From: an uncultured Verrucomicrobiae bacterium
Lineage (GTDB): Bacteria > Verrucomicrobiota > Verrucomicrobiia > Chthoniobacterales > Chthoniobacteraceae
Length of the DNA: 64,000 bases
Direction: 5' to 3'
Assembly (NCBI GenBank): GCA_963769025.1
Contig: CAVYKI010000003.1
Span: 736,001 to 800,000 of the forward strand
In this document: piece after piece, positions 1 to 9,401 of the stretch
How positions within the stretch are numbered: position 1 is the stretch's first letter
Layout: each line of letters starts with the position of its first letter
Translations under genes and position numbers: made by a program
The notes under the pieces: generated by a model
What the model was told of the DNA's origin: nothing
Databases searched by the model: none
The model's input: the letters and a program-made list of their open reading frames with translations, nothing else

Positions 1-332
1 CCCAATTGCAACGTGCCGATGGTGATCGCGGCAGTCATGTTGATGACCTGGTTCGCCGTCAAATCCGCCAGCGAAAGGATGGCGATGTCGTCCTGCGCAT
101 TCGGGAAGCCCGTGTTCGGCTGCCAGTTTGCGGTATCATCCCACGCAAACGGACCGGCCCCCGTCGGGAGCCACGAATAGGTCGCGGCTTCGGAAGGAAG
201 TGCGCTCAGCGTGAGCAGCGACGCGGCGACGGCGGCAATGGAACCGGCGAGTGCAGAAGGCTTCCGAGTTTTTTTGCCGGCGCGCTGTTTTTTCTTATGG
301 AACGCGCGGAAATTGAGGTGGGTGGTTTTCAT
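1..332 (-). CDS. N-terminus of a large secreted/surface protein (autotransporter-associated beta-strand repeat / PEP-CTERM-type), runs off the window
   Basis: Manual translation from ATG 332: MKTTHLNFRAFHKKKQ...AVAASLLTLSALPSEA-ATYSWLPTGAGPFAWDDTANWQPNTGFPNAQDDIAIL. Basic N-region, hydrophobic stretch and SEA cleavage site, then the W-x4-NW-x5-P pattern typical of such proteins. Not in the ORF track because there is no stop in the window. Confidence 0.7.
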   Translation of the reverse strand, partial: MKTTHLNFRAFHKKKQRAGKKTRKPSALAGSIAAVAASLLTLSALPSEAATYSWLPTGAGPFAWDDTANWQPNTGFPNAQDDIAILSLADLTANQVINMTAAITIGTLQL

Positions 333-534
333 CTTGATCGGCTCGGTAACGGTTATTCTGCCTCTGGGTGGATAATTTCTTGACCCGACTGCGAGATGCA
401 GCGGGTGGAATGCGAATCCTGGCCTGCCGTACACGGGGGAGCGGACGAAGCCGGATACAGGCGGGCACAGGGGGACGGGAGACGCACACCAGCATTAAGC
501 GGATCGTTCTGCCGTCTGGCAAAAAGCTCCAAGT

Positions 535-551
535 GTAGTGAAAAACACTAC
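535..551. promoter_or_regulatory. Palindromic candidate operator GTAGTG-AAAAA-CACTAC
   Basis: Perfect 6-bp inverted repeat with a 5-nt spacer, about 200 nt upstream of the secreted-protein gene and just downstream of the response regulator. Confidence 0.4.
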
Positions 552-670
552 CCGAGTGCGATCGGAGACCGGCATTTTGCCTGCCCGCCCGCGGGCAGAA
601 TGATAAAAAACGCTGTTTCGCGCTTCAGCCCGCCTCGATCAGGCCGAAATCTACCGTCTCGACCTCGGAC

Positions 671-1342
671 TCAAAGGTTTCGCTCCACCATCCATCTCAC
701 CGCACACTGGTAGAGCGCTCCCGCATTTTTGAGTCCCAACTTTTCCTTAATCCTTTGTCGGTAATTGTCCACCGTACTGACTCCGAGATTTAGCTGCTCG
801 GAGATCTCGCGCGAATTCATTCCCTTGCCCACGAGTTGGAAGACTTCGACCTCCCGGTCGGAAAGCAGATTCATCCCGGTCGTCTCCACGGATTTCTCAG
901 TCTGCCCGAGCCTTTCCAGAATCGCCACGGTCATCCGCTCGCCGAGGTAGATCCCGCCGTCCATGACCTTCCGGATCGCCGCGACCACCTCGTCCGGGGG
1001 CGCCTGTTTTGAAATGTATCCCCGCGCACCGGCGCGCAGCACACGTTCCGCGTACAGCTTCTCCTCGTGCATCGAAAGCACCAGCACGGGAAGCGCGATG
1101 CCCCGCGCCTTCACGTCCTTGATCAACTCCAGCCCGCTCGATCCCTCCAACGTGATATCCACGACCGCCGCATCCGGCTGCGTGCTCTCGATGATCTCCA
1201 TCGCGTCCTTGATGCTGGCGGCCTCGCCGCACACCGTCATCCCCATATCCTGCCCGATGAGCTGCACCAGCATCGCTCGGAAAAGCGGGTGATCCTCGAC
1301 GATGAGGATTTTCTTTTTTTCAACGGCGACGGAGTCGGTCAT
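671..1342 (-). CDS. NarL/FixJ-family response regulator (REC + LuxR HTH)
   Basis: ILIVEDHP acidic pocket, VVDI phosphoacceptor, LSMH, GARGYISK; C-terminal LSDREVEVFQLVGKG...EISEQL...STV HTH. Confidence 0.95.
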   Translation of the reverse strand: MTDSVAVEKKKILIVEDHPLFRAMLVQLIGQDMGMTVCGEAASIKDAMEIIESTQPDAAVVDITLEGSSGLELIKDVKARGIALPVLVLSMHEEKLYAERVLRAGARGYISKQAPPDEVVAAIRKVMDGGIYLGERMTVAILERLGQTEKSVETTGMNLLSDREVEVFQLVGKGMNSREISEQLNLGVSTVDNYRQRIKEKLGLKNAGALYQCAVRWMVERNL

Positions 1343-2372
1343 GGTCAGGGATCTCGGTTGGTGGCCGCGCGTCGGGCACCTCGCAGGAGACGATCGTCCC
1401 CTCGTTCGGCTTCGATTCGACCTTCAGTTCGGCCCCGAGAGCACGCGCACGGTATTGCATCGAACGCAAGCCCATACTTCTCGCGCCGCTTTTCAGGGAA
1501 TCCATGCCTTTCCCCTCGTCCGCGACGACGAGCCGCAACGAGTTGGCACCCTTGGTCAGCGCGATGGTGATCAGCTTCGGCCTGCCATGCTTCAAGGCAT
1601 TGGTCATCGATTCCTGCGCGATCCGGAAAAGGTGCATGGCGACTTCCGGATCTTCGACACGGGTCTGACCGGTTTCAAAAAATGAAATCGAGATTCCTGT
1701 CAGCGCCGCCGTGGTCTGGGCCAGATCCGCGAGCGCCATCGAGAGACCCGTGCCGTCCATTTGCACGGGAAATATTCCCCGCGCGAGCCCGCGGGCGAGT
1801 GAGATGGCATGGACCGCCATCTCGTGGATCTGCTCGGCTTTGTCCGCCTCCGGCTGCCCGCGTTTGCGCAATTCATTGGCCATGAACGACGCCGCGTAGC
1901 TGATCGCGGCGAGGTGCGGGCCGAGGCCGTCGTGCAGATCCTCGCCGATGCGCCGCTTTTCGTGCTCGCTCGTCCGGAGAATCTCCCGCTCCAGCTCCCG
2001 CTCGTGCTCGAGCCCGCGGATGCGCATCCTGTACAGGTCGCGCCGCTCCTTCGCCGCGGCCACGGCGACGACCAGGACCGCGAAGTAAAACAGCCGGCTC
2101 GTGCCCGCGAGCGCAAAGCCCCATCCGGTCTGGTACGGATGATTGGGAGTATTCGCGACGAACCAGACTCCCGTGCAAAGCAGCGCAAACAGGAATCCCA
2201 TTTCGCGGCCGATCCTCCGGACCACGAGCACCATGGGAAGCGCATAGAGCACGAACAGACTCCACTCCCATCCGGTGAGGTTGTCGAGCCACCCGACCAC
2301 CACCACCAGCACCGCGCTCACGGTGACGACGAGCCATCGCGGCTGACGGTCGATAAATTCGCCAAAGGACAT
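1320..2372 (-). CDS. Membrane sensor histidine kinase (HisKA_3 + HATPase)
   Basis: N-terminal TM helices; EKRRIGEDLHDGLG H-box, QESMTNALKH N-box, ADEGKG, GLRSMQYRA. Start chosen at ATG 2372; overlaps the regulator gene. Confidence 0.92.
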   Translation of the reverse strand: MSFGEFIDRQPRWLVVTVSAVLVVVVGWLDNLTGWEWSLFVLYALPMVLVVRRIGREMGFLFALLCTGVWFVANTPNHPYQTGWGFALAGTSRLFYFAVLVVAVAAAKERRDLYRMRIRGLEHERELEREILRTSEHEKRRIGEDLHDGLGPHLAAISYAASFMANELRKRGQPEADKAEQIHEMAVHAISLARGLARGIFPVQMDGTGLSMALADLAQTTAALTGISISFFETGQTRVEDPEVAMHLFRIAQESMTNALKHGRPKLITIALTKGANSLRLVVADEGKGMDSLKSGARSMGLRSMQYRARALGAELKVESKPNEGTIVSCEVPDARPPTEIPDHDRLRRR

Positions 2373-2602
2373 GGAGCACCCATAGGTGCTCACACGAAAG
2401 ACAACAAGGACGGGCTGCCTCGATGGTGCGTCGGCTCGCGCAAGGACTGCATCCTGCCGGTGCACGGAAAGTTATCCCTAATCGCACGCCGCGCGGCGGC
2501 TACTCATTGGTGAACCGCCCCACACGACCCTCCCCCGTGACGATTCGCCTCCCTTTGAACAACCGATCAGCAGCATCCCGCGCGGGCGGGATTGTCATTT
2601 TC

Positions 2603-5452
2603 ATGGCGCGGACCGCCGCGTGGTGCGTGGCCGTCTCGATGCTGGCACTCGCGGTGAAAGTGCGCGCCGCGGAGCCGCTCCATGCGAAAATCGACGCGCT
2701 GATCGCCGCAGCGCATCCCGGCGGACAGGCGCCCATCGCGGATGATGCGGACTTTCTGCGCAGGACCTATCTCGCGCTGCACGGGGTCATCCCGACGGCG
2801 GCGCAGGCGCGCGCATTTTTCGCGGACACCGCGCCGGACAAGCGCGCGAAGCTCGCGGAGACGCTGCTCGCCGACCCGCAGTTTGCGCGATGGATGGCGG
2901 TGCGCTTCGACGTGATGCTCATGGAGCGCCGCGCCGAGGTGCAGACCAAGGAGGCGCCGTGGCGCGAATGGCTCGAGCAGTCGTTTGCGGCGAACAAACC
3001 GTGGGACGAGCTGGTGCGCGAGATGATCGCCGCGGACGGCTCGGACGAAAAAACGCGCCACGTCGCGCGATGGCTCCTCGAGCGCGAAGCGGACCCGAAC
3101 GCCCTCGCGAAGGATGCCGGGCGGCTGTTCCTCGGCCGCGACATCGCGTGCTCGCAATGCCACGATCACCCGCGCATCGACGACTATCTGCAGCGCGACT
3201 ACGCGGGCCTGCAGGCGTTCTTCAGCCGCACGTATCTCTTCCGGCCCGACACGAAAAAGCCGGGCCTCGTCGGCGAGCAGGCGGCGGGCGACACGACCTA
3301 TCTCTCGGTCTTCACGAAGGTCGGCGGCGGCACGAAGCCGCGTCTGCCCGGCGAGGCTGAACTCACGGAGCCCGCGGCGGGCGAATGGACGGTGGCGCCT
3401 GATGCCAAGAACAAGGCGTTGCGCCCGGTCCCGAAATTCAGCCGCCGCGCGCTGCTCGCGACGGCCCTTGGCGACGGGCATCACCCGGCGTTCCGGCGCA
3501 ACATCGCGAACCGGCTGTGGGCGGTCGTGTTTGGCCGCGGACTCGTGGAGCCGCTCGATCTGCATCACTCGGCGAATCCGCCCGCGATTCCGCCGCTGCT
3601 CGATCTGCTCGGCGACCAGATCGCAGCGATGAAATTCGACATGCGCGCCTTCATCCGCGAACTCGTGCTGACGCAGGCATTCCAGCGCGCGCTCGATCTG
3701 CCGGATCCGTCGGCGGAGGTCGCCGCCGCAGCGGCAAAGCTGGCGGAGTTGGAGAAGCAATCCGAGAAACTCGCGCTGGCCGCGCATTCCGCGGAGGAGC
3801 GGTTCATCGCGGAGCAAAAAGCGACCGCCGACGCCCAGCGTGCAGCGGCTCCTGCGCTGGCGGAACAATCGAAGCTCGATGCCGCGGCCGCAGCCGCGAA
3901 GAAGCCGCTGGACGACGCGCTCGCGGAACAGAAAAAATCCGAGGACGCGCTCGCAGCGCGGCGCGCGCAGGACAAGGCGCTCGCCGATGCGGCGGTGACG
4001 TCGGGCGAGTCGCCCGAGATCGTCGCGGCGGGAACGCCGGCTCCGGCAAAAGCCGTTCCCGTCGCCGCTGCCGAGAAGGACGCGGCCGCGAAAAAAGCCA
4101 CCGCGGACGCAAAGGCGAAAGTTTTTGAAACAGCCCGCCAGGCGGCTGTCGCAGCGAAGGCCAAAGCGGACGCAGCCATGGCGCAGCTCGCAGCCCGGCA
4201 GCCGGCACCGGACGAGGCGGCCGCGCGCAAGGAGTCCGAGCGAATCCAGGCCCCGCAGCTCGCGTCGGAGGCAAAGGCGGCAACCGCATGGCGCGAGGCC
4301 GTGACTGCCAGCCGCGCCGCGCTGACGGCTGCCGAGACGCTGGCGACCGCGAAGAAGGCGGACGCAGACGCAAAGGCGAAGAATTTCGAAACAGCCCGGC
4401 AGGCTGCCCTCGCGGCCAAAGGGAAGTCGGAGACGGCCACGGCGCAGATCGCAGTCCGTCAGGCAGCGCTCGACAAGGCGGGCGCGCAGAAGGAATCGGA
4501 TCGAATCCGCGCGAAGCACGCCGCGCAGCTCGTCACGGAAGCGAAGGCGGCGATCGCGTGGCACGAGGCCGCGGGCGCCGGGCGCGCGGCACGGCAGGCG
4601 GCGGCGAAAGCGGACGACGCTCTCCGCAAGGCGAAACGCAAGGCCGACCAGCTGGCAGCCGAAATCGCGAACGCACCCGCGAAGATCGCAGCGTTCGAGA
4701 GCACGTCCGCAGCGGATGCGCAGACCGCGTCAAAGGAGATCACCGACGCGAAGGCGGCGCTCGCCGCAGCGACGGCCGGGTTTCCCACGCTCAAGGCGCA
4801 GATTCCCGCGCTCGAAACGGCTGCGAATGCAGCGCGCGCAAAGGCGAACGAAACCGAACACGCCGAGGCCCAGGCCCGCGAGGCGGTCTCGGCCGCGTGG
4901 GGTCATGCATTCGCCTCGATGGAACTTCTCCCGCTCGCGCCGGAGCAGCTTTGCTGGTCGCTGATGCAGGCGACGGGGCAGCTCGATCCGCTCCGCACTT
5001 CCGCCGAGGCCGAGTGGGACAAGAAGAACAAGCTGAGCGACGCCGACAAGGCGAACCCGGCAAAACAGGCGGAGCGCACGGCGGGGATCAACAGGCTGTT
5101 CCGCGAAAAGCTGCGCGGTCAGGAAACTCAGTTCGTGAAATTTTTCGGCGGAGCCGCCGGGCAGCCGCAGTCGGACTTTTTCGCGACTCCCGAGCAGGCG
5201 CTCTATTTTGAAAATGGCGGCGTGATCCGCCAGTGGGCCGCCAGCCTCGCCACGCGCGCCGCCGCGCTGCCGGACGCGAAAGCGATGGCCGAGGAGATCT
5301 ATCTCGCGACGCTCACCCGCCTGCCCGACGCGACCGAGGTCGCCGAGCTCGGGGCCACGCTCGCCTCGCGCCCGCCGGAGCAGAAGGCCGCTGCGCTCGG
5401 CGATTTCGCATGGGCCCTCCTCGCCTCGCTTGAATTCCGCTTCATCCACTAA
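2603..5452 (+). CDS. DUF1549/DUF1553 (PSCyt2/PSD1) secreted protein with a long Ala/Lys-rich coiled-coil insert
   Basis: Signal peptide; DDADFLRRTYL.L.G..PT, NKPWDELVREMI, CSQCHDHP, NIANRLW..VFGRGLVEPLD, PEQAL, WALL.S.EF motifs. Confidence 0.9.
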   Translation: MARTAAWCVAVSMLALAVKVRAAEPLHAKIDALIAAAHPGGQAPIADDADFLRRTYLALHGVIPTAAQARAFFADTAPDKRAKLAETLLADPQFARWMAVRFDVMLMERRAEVQTKEAPWREWLEQSFAANKPWDELVREMIAADGSDEKTRHVARWLLEREADPNALAKDAGRLFLGRDIACSQCHDHPRIDDYLQRDYAGLQAFFSRTYLFRPDTKKPGLVGEQAAGDTTYLSVFTKVGGGTKPRLPGEAELTEPAAGEWTVAPDAKNKALRPVPKFSRRALLATALGDGHHPAFRRNIANRLWAVVFGRGLVEPLDLHHSANPPAIPPLLDLLGDQIAAMKFDMRAFIRELVLTQAFQRALDLPDPSAEVAAAAAKLAELEKQSEKLALAAHSAEERFIAEQKATADAQRAAAPALAEQSKLDAAAAAAKKPLDDALAEQKKSEDALAARRAQDKALADAAVTSGESPEIVAAGTPAPAKAVPVAAAEKDAAAKKATADAKAKVFETARQAAVAAKAKADAAMAQLAARQPAPDEAAARKESERIQAPQLASEAKAATAWREAVTASRAALTAAETLATAKKADADAKAKNFETARQAALAAKGKSETATAQIAVRQAALDKAGAQKESDRIRAKHAAQLVTEAKAAIAWHEAAGAGRAARQAAAKADDALRKAKRKADQLAAEIANAPAKIAAFESTSAADAQTASKEITDAKAALAAATAGFPTLKAQIPALETAANAARAKANETEHAEAQAREAVSAAWGHAFASMELLPLAPEQLCWSLMQATGQLDPLRTSAEAEWDKKNKLSDADKANPAKQAERTAGINRLFREKLRGQETQFVKFFGGAAGQPQSDFFATPEQALYFENGGVIRQWAASLATRAAALPDAKAMAEEIYLATLTRLPDATEVAELGATLASRPPEQKAAALGDFAWALLASLEFRFIH
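4110..4570 (+). repeat. Internal tandem duplication, period 261 nt (87 aa), in the coiled coil
   Basis: CAAAGGCGAA...TT.GAAACAGCCCG.CAGGC at 4110 and 4371; ADAKAKVFETARQAAVAAK vs ADAKAKNFETARQAALAAK; KESERI..EAKAATAW vs KESDRI..EAKAAIAW. Confidence 0.85.
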
Positions 5453-5465
5453 CCCACTCCACTCC

Positions 5466-6765
5466 ATGAAACCCTGCAACTACTCCTGCCAGACGCTCGA
5501 CCACGTCCTCAGCCGGCGGCGCTTTTTCCAGACCCTCGCGGCGGGCGGCGCGGCCGCTGTGCTGCCGAATTTCGGCCTCTTCACGTCGCCGACCGTCGTG
5601 GCCGAAATGGCGCGGAAACAAAAGCGGATGATCGTCATCAACATGGCCGGCGGCCTTTCGCAGCTCGAAAGCTGGGACCCGAAGCCGGGCACCGCGACCG
5701 GCGGGCCGTTCCGCGCGATCCCGACTTCCGTGCCGGGCATCCACATTTCCGAGCTGCTGCCGAAGACGGCGAAAGTGATGCATCACCTCGCCCTGGTGCG
5801 CAGCATCAACACGAAGGAGAACGACCACGGCAAGGGCGCCTACGTCATGTCCACCGGGCGGCACAAGACGCCGGCGCAGGATTATCCCGTGCTCGGTGCG
5901 GTGATGGCGCGGGCGCTCGACGCCGGCGGCGGCAGCGCGCTGCCCGGGCACATCGTCATCTCGCCAAATGGCAGCGGCGGACGCAGCGCCGACTCCGCCT
6001 ACCTCGGGCCGAAGTACGGAAGCGTGACACTCGGCGGCGCGAAGCCGCCGCAGTTTTCCGAGCGCCCGGCGAGCCTCGCCGCGGAGGCCTCCAACTGCGC
6101 GAACGATCTGCGCAGGAAAGTGAACGATCGCTTTGCGCTCCGCAGGCGCACGGCGGAGACGGACGCGTACACGCAGAGCTTCGAGCAGGGCCTGGAGCTG
6201 ATGAAGCAGCGCGACGTCTTCGACATCACGAAGGAATCGCAGAAGGATCAGGAACGCTACGGCTCGCACGATTTCGGCCGCCACTGCCTGCTCGCGCGAC
6301 GGCTCTGCGAGAGCGGCGTGACCTACGTGCGCGTGACGCACTCGAACTACGACACGCACTGCGAGAACTTCAATTTCCACTTCGAGCAGGTCGGCGAATT
6401 CGACGGGCCGTTCGCGACGCTCGTGGGCGATCTCGCCGATCGCGGGCTGCTCGAGCAGCACGCTCATCGTCGTGCTTTCCGAATTCGGACGGACGCCCCG
6501 CATCAACGCGAACTACGGCCGCGACCACTGGGGCACGGCGTGGAGCATCTGCCTCGGCGGCGCGGGCATTCATCGCGGCGCGGTCATCGGCGAAACCGCT
6601 GCCGATGGCACCTCGGTGAAGTCACGGCAGGTGGATGGCGGCCATCTTTTCCACACGTATCTCGCGGCGCTCGGCATCAAGAGCACGGGGCATTTCAATG
6701 TCGCCGGACAGAAGATGCCGATGGCGGATCCCGCGTTTGAGCCCATCGAAGAACTCCTCGCCTGA
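5466..6765 (+). CDS. DUF1501 family protein (Tat signal); one +1 frameshift near 6456
   Basis: SRRRFF twin-Arg; GGLSQLESWDPKP, FGRHCLLARRL.E.GV, YDTH; continues in the other frame as STLIVVLSEFGRTPRIN..GRDHW. Confidence 0.9.
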
Positions 6766-7756
6766 TGCCCGCGGATCCCAAGCTGGCGCACGTCGCGAAG
6801 GAACTCCCCGCGGAAGCGCCGCTCATCGCGTGCCGCTTCGATCCGACGGGGAAGTTCGTCTTTGGCACGGCTGAAAACCGCTCGATTTACCGATGGGACC
6901 TCACGGACGGGAAACGCACCGCGCTCACCGGCCACGACTCGTGGGTTTTCGATGTCGCGGTCACGAGCGACGGTCGCACGCTGATCAGCGCGGGCGGCGA
7001 CGACACACTGATGTGGTGGCCCATCACCGACGAAGCACCGCAGCCCGCGAAAAAGGTGAAGGCGCACGACGGCTGGATCCGGACTCTCGCGCTGAGCCCC
7101 GATGGCAAATTGCTCGCGAGCGGCGGAAACGACCGCATGGTCCGGACATGGAATCCGCTCGACGGGGCGAAGGCGGGCGAATTCGCCGGAGCCGGGCGCG
7201 ACATCTACAGCGTGCTTTTTCATCCCGGCGGCGAGTGGATCCTCGCCGGTGATCTCGACGGAAAAATCCACCAGTGGGAGATCGCGCACGGGCAAGCTCG
7301 TCCGCACACTCGATGCCTCGCCGCTGCACAGCTACAATGAGGGCCAGCAGGTCCACTACGGCGGCGTGCGCGGGCTCGCGTTCAGCCCGGACGGAAAGTC
7401 ACTCGTTGCCGGCGGGCTTCACAAGGGCACGAACCCGCTCGGCAATGTGCAGCAGCCGCTCGTCGCTCCGCTTTGACTGGGAGACCGGCAAGGTCCTCCG
7501 CAATCACCTGACTGACGGGACAAACAACGAGCGCATCTGGAGCCTGCAATCCCATCCGCAGGGATTCCTCATCGGCTGCATCGGCGGGCAGAAAGGGCAG
7601 CTCATTTTCTGGAACGAAGCTGAGGAAAAACCGTTCCACACATTCGCGCTGCCGAACACGGCCCGCGGCATGTCGCTCGCGAGCGACGGCCTGCTCGTCG
7701 CCACGGCCCACCACGACAGCAAGCTGCGGATCACGAAGCTCGCGGCCAAGGCGTAG
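6765..7756 (+). CDS. WD40-repeat protein; two frameshifts (about 7285 and 7468)
   Basis: GHDSWVFDVAV, AHDGWIRTLALSPDGKLLASGGND, VRGLAFSPDG repeats spread over three ORF pieces; TGATG overlap with the DUF1501 stop. Confidence 0.88.
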
Positions 7757-7782
7757 GGGCGCTTTCGGACAGCCCGACAAGG

Positions 7783-9174
7783 TCAACCGCAGACTGCCGC
7801 GGCTGTCGCCTCGTCGATCATCTCCCGGCGCTGCGAAGGCTGCGTCCAGCGCCATTGCGCCTCGGCGTCGAGCGAGGAGATGGGATCGAAGAAGAGGAAA
7901 TTTTTTCCCGGCTTCACGCCCGGTGCGCTGAACGACGAGACGCCGGTCTGGCGGTTGTAGTAGTCGGCGGTATGCACGTCGCGCTTGCCGCCGCCGCCGG
8001 GGGCGTCGAGGACGAAGGCCGGCGTGTTGAAGCCCGCGGTCGTGCCGCGCACGTGGCGTTCGATGTTTTGTGCGACATGGAGCGGCGTGCGGAGGTCCTC
8101 CACGCCGGGCACCATGTCGTGCACATAGACGTAGTACGGGTGAACATTGATGTAGCTGAGCCGGCGCACGAGGAGCGTCATCGCCGCGGCGGTGTCGTTC
8201 ACGCCGCGCTGGAGGACGGTCTGGCAGCGCACGGTGATGCCGCGTTCGGTCATGAGGCCGAGGGCGTCCTCGGTGAAGCCGGTGATTTCGTTCGGATGGT
8301 TGAAATGCGAATGCACGACGACGTCCTTGTGCAGTTTGCGGCCGAGTTCCACGACGCGGGTGAGCGCATCGAGCCACGCGGTGTCGGTGACGATTTTTTG
8401 CGGGAGCACGCAGAGGCCCTTCGTCGCATAGCGGATGCGGCGGATGTTCGGCATGCCGAGCAGGCGGCGGCCGATCTGCTCGATGTGCTCGGCCTTGAGA
8501 TTGTACGTGTCGCCGCCGCTGATCACGATGTCCTCGAGCTGCGGCTGCGATTCGATGTAGGCGAACGCCGCATCCCAGCGCCCGGCCCCCGCGCCGAGCT
8601 TCATTTTCTCCACGACCTCCGTGTCGTTTCCCACCGCGTAGCTGCGCGTGCAGAAGCGGCAGTACACCGGGCAGCTCGGCTGCGGGAGGAAGAGCGCCTT
8701 GTCCGGGTAGCGATGCGTGAGGCCGGGCACGGGCGAATCCTCGCGCTCGTTCAGCGAATCGAAGCGCAGCATCGGATGATCCGGCTCCTGCTGCGAGCGC
8801 AGCGGGAGGAATTGCGTGCGGATGGGATCGGTGAGCGGCGCGGACCAGTCCGCGAGCGCGAGGAGGTAGGGCGAAATGCGAAGCGCCATCGGCGCATGGG
8901 CGATCCCGGCTTCGAGGTCGCTGTAAAAAATTTCCGGCACGAGCGTGCCGAGGGTCTCCCGCAACTGGCGGGCGTTGGTGACTGTGTGGCGCTGCTGCCA
9001 CTGATGGTTCCCAAACTCGGCCGCGCTCACCTGCGCCCAGGCCGGAATGTCACGCCAGAATTCATCGCGGCGGAGGTCGCGATGGCCCAGTCCGGCGTGG
9101 AGCTGGGTTCTCGGAGCGGAGTCCGCGGGGGGGTCAACGTGGTGCGTTTCGTGGATGATGTGGGAGTCGAGCAT
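7783..9174 (-). CDS. kamA: KamA-family radical SAM/PLP amino-acid 2,3-aminomutase (lysine 2,3-aminomutase-like)
   Basis: GLTHRYPDKALF, CPVYCRFCTR (CxxxCxxC), SGGD, HFNHPNEIT, QTVLQRGVND, PYY...D, DAPGGGGK (PLP lysine). Confidence 0.9.
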   Translation of the reverse strand: MLDSHIIHETHHVDPPADSAPRTQLHAGLGHRDLRRDEFWRDIPAWAQVSAAEFGNHQWQQRHTVTNARQLRETLGTLVPEIFYSDLEAGIAHAPMALRISPYLLALADWSAPLTDPIRTQFLPLRSQQEPDHPMLRFDSLNEREDSPVPGLTHRYPDKALFLPQPSCPVYCRFCTRSYAVGNDTEVVEKMKLGAGAGRWDAAFAYIESQPQLEDIVISGGDTYNLKAEHIEQIGRRLLGMPNIRRIRYATKGLCVLPQKIVTDTAWLDALTRVVELGRKLHKDVVVHSHFNHPNEITGFTEDALGLMTERGITVRCQTVLQRGVNDTAAAMTLLVRRLSYINVHPYYVYVHDMVPGVEDLRTPLHVAQNIERHVRGTTAGFNTPAFVLDAPGGGGKRDVHTADYYNRQTGVSSFSAPGVKPGKNFLFFDPISSLDAEAQWRWTQPSQRREMIDEATAAAVCG

Positions 9175-9401
9175 GGTGGTTTTGGAAAAAGGTAAGTGGC
9201 AGCGCGGAGAAGTGCCCGCACGGGGCTCCGCACGCCGGGAAAAATCAATCCATCCGGAAAGAGGCCTGCGGTAGCGATGAAGCCAAAGGTTTCACAGTCA
9301 CTGAATCGCGCGGATGCTCGGCTTGGTTGCCTGAGACTGCAAGCCCATCTTGCGCCCGGAACCGGGCCCGCGCGCGGGCAGCAGGCCGCACCGGCGCCGG
9401 T

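Noticed and set aside
2374..2391. Hairpin GAGCACC-CATA-GGTGCTC just upstream of the kinase start
   Set aside because: A 7-bp stem is plausible by chance at this GC content and the start codon is itself uncertain
9175..9401. Lysine or SAM riboswitch upstream of kamA
   Set aside because: No recognisable conserved aptamer core or terminator by eye; a covariance-model search would be needed
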